This document shows positions 58,561 to 64,000 of a stretch of DNA of 64,000 nucleotides, one piece after another. Position 1 is the stretch's first letter; each line of letters begins with the position of its first letter. Below the pieces are notes generated by a model that had not been told where the DNA came from, searched no databases, and was given only the letters and a program-made list of their open reading frames with translations. The position numbers were made by a program, and so were the translations under genes. The stretch lies in contig JAUCBJ010001077.1 of NCBI GenBank assembly GCA_032718475.1, positions 56,117 through 120,116 of the forward strand, given 5' to 3'. Source of the stretch: Nemertoderma westbladi. Taxonomy: Eukaryota > Animalia > Xenacoelomorpha.

Positions 58561-60419
58561 CTTTTGTTTTTGATAAATTTACAGTGAGTTCGTTACTGTA
58601 AAAAATTATTTTTTAATTTCAACTTCAAGTGTTTTCAAACTTCAAGTTGGTCATTTGGCATGCCAAATTATGTCAATTCTCATATTTTTTCGATTTTTGA
58701 GACATGCAAAAAATAGTGTTCAAAAACGTTACAAATTTGATATTCCAAACCAGTGGTGACATTAAAATTCGATATTTAAATAATATGACATTATTATTTT
58801 TAAAAAAAATTCCGAAAAACGACCATCTTGTGCCAAATTACTCCCTTTAAACATTGATGTTCCCAATTAATTGGGAACACTGGTGAGAAAATAGTTTTAC
58901 TCTAAGTATTACTCTAAATAATCGTTTAAAATTACATAACGAATAATAGGCCTATTTGTGTCCTGCTGTATCAAAAACGACCAGCTATTGTCCCATTTGG
59001 GAACACTAAATAGTCGAACGTATTTCTGCTCAAGAGCAATATGTAGTAAGTAAGGAACATTAGTAAGCACCAAAGTGTTACCTGCTACTGTAGGCGTATT
59101 AGGCTGACACTTTACCAGATCTTCAGTATATCAGCCTACAGTATACTATACTGTATAATGTAGGCTCGTCGGGACGCGAGAATAGGTCTAATGGAGCTCA
59201 GTTGGGCGTGTTGGCTCGGCTCAGTACTCAAAAATATATCTAATAGAGCTCAGTAGGGCGTGTTGGCTCGGTTCATGACTCGAAAATATATCTAATGGGG
59301 CACAGTGTTCCCAAATGGGACTGACCTGGTGATTATCAGTTAAATATAATTTCGACCACTGCATCTTCAAAATCCAAAATGCCACCTGCAATGGTTCCCC
59401 AAAACTTCCACACTCTCTCAGTCATCATAGTCATCATTTATATCACCTAATACCTCTTGAATCTTGAGAAATCGCATTATATATGTTATATTTTACTCTT
59501 GGTGATTTTTTCTAAACGAAGGATTGGATTTTCGCGAAGGATGGATTGCTCATGTACCTATATCTGAAGAACCCCTGAATGGTTTTGGCTGAAATTTTCT
59601 GTGTTGCTTCTGTGAACGTTATGCATTAATTGGAACTAGAATCATTAACTTCTGGGTATCAGTTTTTGTTTAGTAGAGAAATTGCCTAAATTATGAATGG
59701 CAAAAAATAGTTTCATGGATATCTAGAGAACCCTTCGTGTTATCTCACTGATTGTAGTTCCAAATGGAGATCATCTATCACAAACTATGTGGTGAAAATT
59801 TCAGACCAATTGGTCGAGCCATTCTTGAGATACAGCTACATGAAAATTGTTATTTTTAACTTATCGTCTAGGGCAGCGTATAATTATGGTCTGGTGCCCT
59901 TAAGTTGTTTACTAAATCAAATCAAACAAAATCCGTCACCATAACCTTTACTAATTCAAATCAAACAAAAACCATCACCAGTGTTCCCAAATGGGACTTA
60001 AAAGGCGGCCATGACCAATAAAATTGTATAAAAGTCAATAACGTTGGAGTCTGTTTGTGGTTTTTAATGTTTTGACACACTACTTTTTATTTTTGTAATT
60101 TTATAAAATATATTGGATTTGATGGGGTGCCAGTGTTCCCAAATAGGTACAGGTCTTTTTTGTGAAAAAAATTAAAAAGTTTTTTTACAAAGTTTAAGTT
60201 GACTCGATTTGAAACTGTTTCGAAAATTTGAACAAATTTGTTCAGATTTAAAGAGGGTTGGGAAAAAAATACTATAGAAGGTTAAGTAGCACTTTACAGT
60301 GTGCTGAAAGAGGTTTGTTAAACTAACTGAGTGACACTAAGTGTTAACACTAAGTGATTAAGAGCATATAAGGGACGAGAACGAGAACATGTTATTTGCA
60401 CTCGTGGGAGGATTCAGAG

Positions 60420-61205
60420 TTCTATGTTCTAATTGGTCTCTGTGTTCTATTGGTCTCTGTGTTCTATTGGTCTCTGTGTTCTATTGGTCTCTGTGTTCTA
60501 TTGGTAACTGTGTTCTATTGGTCACTGTGTTCTATTGGTAACTGTGTTCTATTGGTCACTGTGTTCTATTGGTCACTGTGTTCTATTGGTCACTGTGTTC
60601 TATTGGTCTCTGTGTTCTATTGGTCTCTGTGTTCTATTGGTCTCTGTGTTCTATTGGTAACTGTGTTCTATTGGTCACTGTGTTCTATTGGTCACTGTGT
60701 TCTATTGGTCTCTGTGTTCTATTGGTCTCTGTGTTCTATTGGTAACTGTGTTCTATTGGTCACTGTGTTATATTTGTCACTGTGTTCTATTGATCACTGT
60801 GTTCTATTGGTCTGTGTGTTCTATTGGTAACTGTGTTCTATTAGTCAATGTGTTCTATTGGTCACTGTGTTCTATTGGTAACTGCGTTCTATTGATCACT
60901 GTGTTCTATTTGTCTGTGTTCTATTGTTCACTGTGTTATATTAGTCAATGTGTTCTATTGATCACTGTGTTCTATTGGTCTCTGTGTTCTATTGGTCTCT
61001 GCGTTCTATTGGTCTCTGTGTTCTATTGGTCTCTGTGTTCTATTGGTCTCTGTGTACTATTGGTAACTGTGTTCTATTGGTCACTGTGTCCTATTGGTCA
61101 CTGAATTATATTGGTCACAGTGTTCTATTGGTAACTGTGTTATATTAGTCAATGTGTTCTATTGGTCACTGTGTTCTATTGGTCACTGTGTTAATATTAG
61201 TCTAT
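60420..61205. repeat. 17-bp minisatellite, ~45 copies
   Basis: CTATTGGT(C/A)(T/A)CTGTGTT units. Confidence 0.96.
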
Positions 61206-62005
61206 TGGTCAGAGTTATATGTTTACATAGATAAAGCAGCCAGTGAAACATGCACGGGGTGTACTTGCACCCCACACCGTCCAAGAAACGATAATATCAC
61301 ACTGCTAATACTAACGGCGTAAAGTACTGTAATGTTCAAATTTCGTAAAAAACTATTAAAATGCCAAGTATATATCAAAGGCTTGCCTCACAAACTAAAA
61401 GGAAACGGAATTGTCAATAACTATATCAATTACATGATACACCATGATTTATTTTATTAGCCATGGGCTGTACGGATTACATGAGAGATGCGGGTAATGA
61501 TTTAGCAATGCTAATTGTTATAAATCCAAATTACTGCAAAAATGTTGTTTTATTTACTTAGCAAGCCATGATTATATTTCATAGATACAGTTAAATTATT
61601 CTTAATTTAAGATATTTAATACAATAAAACGATTCACTACAAATAATACCAGTTAACAATCGGTCCCTCGCAACTTATCGTAATTAGTTCATTAATAATT
61701 AATGCACATTATTAATTAACTAAGATCAATAATTAATAATATACTTTATAACATCATTATGGAGCTGTTTATTTTGTGTTGAGTATAGCATTGAATGAAG
61801 GTAAACCCATCCTTGTAATTTTATAATTGGGGATATGAAATATAAAGGAAAGAAATATCATATTATTAATATAGTTAATTAAAACTGCAACTATTACATT
61901 TTATGTTGTAGAAATGCGTTTGGGAATAACCTTACATTATTAAGGTTATGTTTAATAGAAGGTCTTGTTTCGTAAGAAACATCATCAAGGCCCTTCCAAA
62001 AAATT

Positions 62006-62483
62006 CCGTATTTACTCGAATCGCGTTTAAGTTTATAAATTGCCAATTGGGGAGGCGTTTATTCGAGGGGGGCGTTTATTCGGGGAAGGTGTTTATTCGA
62101 GGGAGGCGTTTAAGTTCCTAATTGTGTGGTTCTAGTGGGGGCGTTTATGTTTAAGTTCTAGATTTTCGGCATTTTGAATATAAATACCCTAATAAATAAA
62201 TGTTGTTAAATTCAAGAAAACAAGTTAAACAAATGAAATAATTCAAATAAAACCAGGATTATCTTTATTACACATACAGCCTATTACAGCGGTACAACAC
62301 ACTACTACATTTGCCTTTAGTCTTAACGATCAGTTAACTCTCAACAATGTTAACGCCCCACATTGTAATATGATTAAACGCCGCGGGCGTTTATTCTGGG
62401 AAGGTGTTTAAGTTGCTAATTTGATGGTAAATTAATCGTTAATTCCGGGGGGGGGGGGGGGGGGCTTATTCGAGTAAATACGG
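62006..62483. mobile_element. Non-autonomous element with CCGTA termini (pogo/mariner-like)
   Basis: TIR CCGTATTTACTCGAAT / ATTCGAGTAAATACGG, TA on the right flank; internal GGCGTTTATTCG repeats. Confidence 0.75.
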
Positions 62484-64000
62484 TATCTATTTTGGGGGGG
62501 TCTAGGATAAGAACTTAAGACTTAGTTGCCACACGAAAACATAAAAATAGAACGTCCCCTCTCTTCTCTAAATGGGTTTCGGAACTGTGAATCCAATAAT
62601 AATTGTGCCCCTTTTTCTTTTCATGTGATTTGTGTCCAACAGAGAGTTTTAATTTGAAACCTTCGATTTATAAGTTTAATGAATTCTGAGTAAATAATTT
62701 CATAATTCTATAACGTCCGAATCTAGGATTCCATGATAATTTAGAAATTAATGTTTTTATGATGAATTATATTTTCCAATTTCAATGCATTTTTAAGTAT
62801 TTTTTTGCGCTAAATTGGAATCGTGTTTCAATATTTTTCCAAAATAATATCTGTCTAACCTAATGATAAAATAATTCATATGTACATACTTGGGGCAATT
62901 TTGTGTGCACTATACTAATCTACATGGTATAAGTGATCCAGGATCCACTATGACAATGATATGGCACGTTACACTTTAAGGAATTAAATGTCCAAGATTT
63001 TGGTCGAAGCTGTAAAATTTGAACCGCTTAACGGATTTCATTAGTACACATTCAAGTATCGTTCTAAAGCTAATTTTTTGCTCTTTAACATATACAGTAT
63101 AAATTGTAAAATTGTAGCACATATTTAGTTATACACAACATGAGAAAGTAAATCCCAAAATACATTTAAAAACGTAGACTTGTCAATAAAACTTGTGTTG
63201 TTTTGGAAGAGGTGGTGTCATAATAACGCAGCGTATTTTAAGAGAGAGAGGGGGGGGGGGGGGGGGGGGGTGGGGTCGGTTAAATTTTTAAATTCTTTAT
63301 TATTATATCCTGTGCCGAATTTAATGGAGATTTCAAATCTACAAGCATTTTTCAATTGTTTAAGGCCATTTTATCAGAAAGGCCCCTAAGGTAAAGATAG
63401 GTATCAATAAAATTGCTAAAAAAGGTTGTTTTATTAGGTATACATATTTTTGGAATGATGAAAAATTTCATTCAATTACAATCATTTTTGACAAAGTTTA
63501 AAGTTATTATCTCTATTTTTCCTTCATCGTTAAACCCATTTTTCTCAGAATCTATTTCTATTTCTTAAACAATTCTGACTGAAATCACAAAACGGCGCTT
63601 TTTGAGTATTCTTGTATATAAAATGGCCGAAGCTCAATTTCAGCCAACATTGCTTTGTGGCACTGGATATATATAATAATGATTTGAACCGATTCACCAA
63701 AAAAAATCACAATGAATAAAACACAGATTGAAAAATTGTTCGATAAGGTACAGTATTTTCTATTGGTATTGGTATTTTCTATTAGTATTTCCTTTGGGAC
63801 AAAAAATAATAACAAATATTTGGAGTCGCTAAATTAAATTTTAGTTACTCCTCTTCACTTAAGCACCAATAAAAGCTAAATATTACATACATTATTCAGT
63901 AAATGCATTGCTATAGGTAGAGGGGAGGGCGTAGTGGATATTGTGCATTATCTCGACACCTTGTAGGGCCTAGTCTATTGAAATGTTAAGTTTTAAAATG

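Noticed and set aside
60396-61148. Hydrophobic Cys-rich ORFs
   Set aside because: Translations of the 17-bp minisatellite.

Overview
AT-rich eukaryotic (animal, probably invertebrate) genomic DNA dominated by nested transposable elements, with four recognisable host genes. Host genes: an Ikaros/Hunchback-family zinc-finger gene (9155-10223); a two-exon NlpC/P60-fold gene (13901-17801) whose intron carries an intronless same-strand CCDC122-like ORF (14968-15738); and an intronless IP6 kinase (53564-54835). Mobile DNA: a BEL/Pao LTR element running off the left edge (1-8532, minus); a full-length decayed BEL/Pao element (22974-33870) inserted in a 46-bp tandem repeat; a very young intact Mag-like Gypsy element (40813-46185); LINE and Tc1/mariner relics; and a train of long-TIR (MULE/foldback-like) non-autonomous elements with cargo. 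Main observation: the full-length BEL element has no tRNA-type PBS. The 10 nt flush with its 5' LTR are exactly complementary to a sequence near the 5' end of its own predicted transcript, inside a set of alternative helices, which suggests Tf1-like self-priming. Comparing repeat copies also shows CpG-biased decay and recurrent TA-anchored micro-insertions resembling transposon excision footprints. All alignments and counts were made by eye; family names come from motif recall, not database searches.
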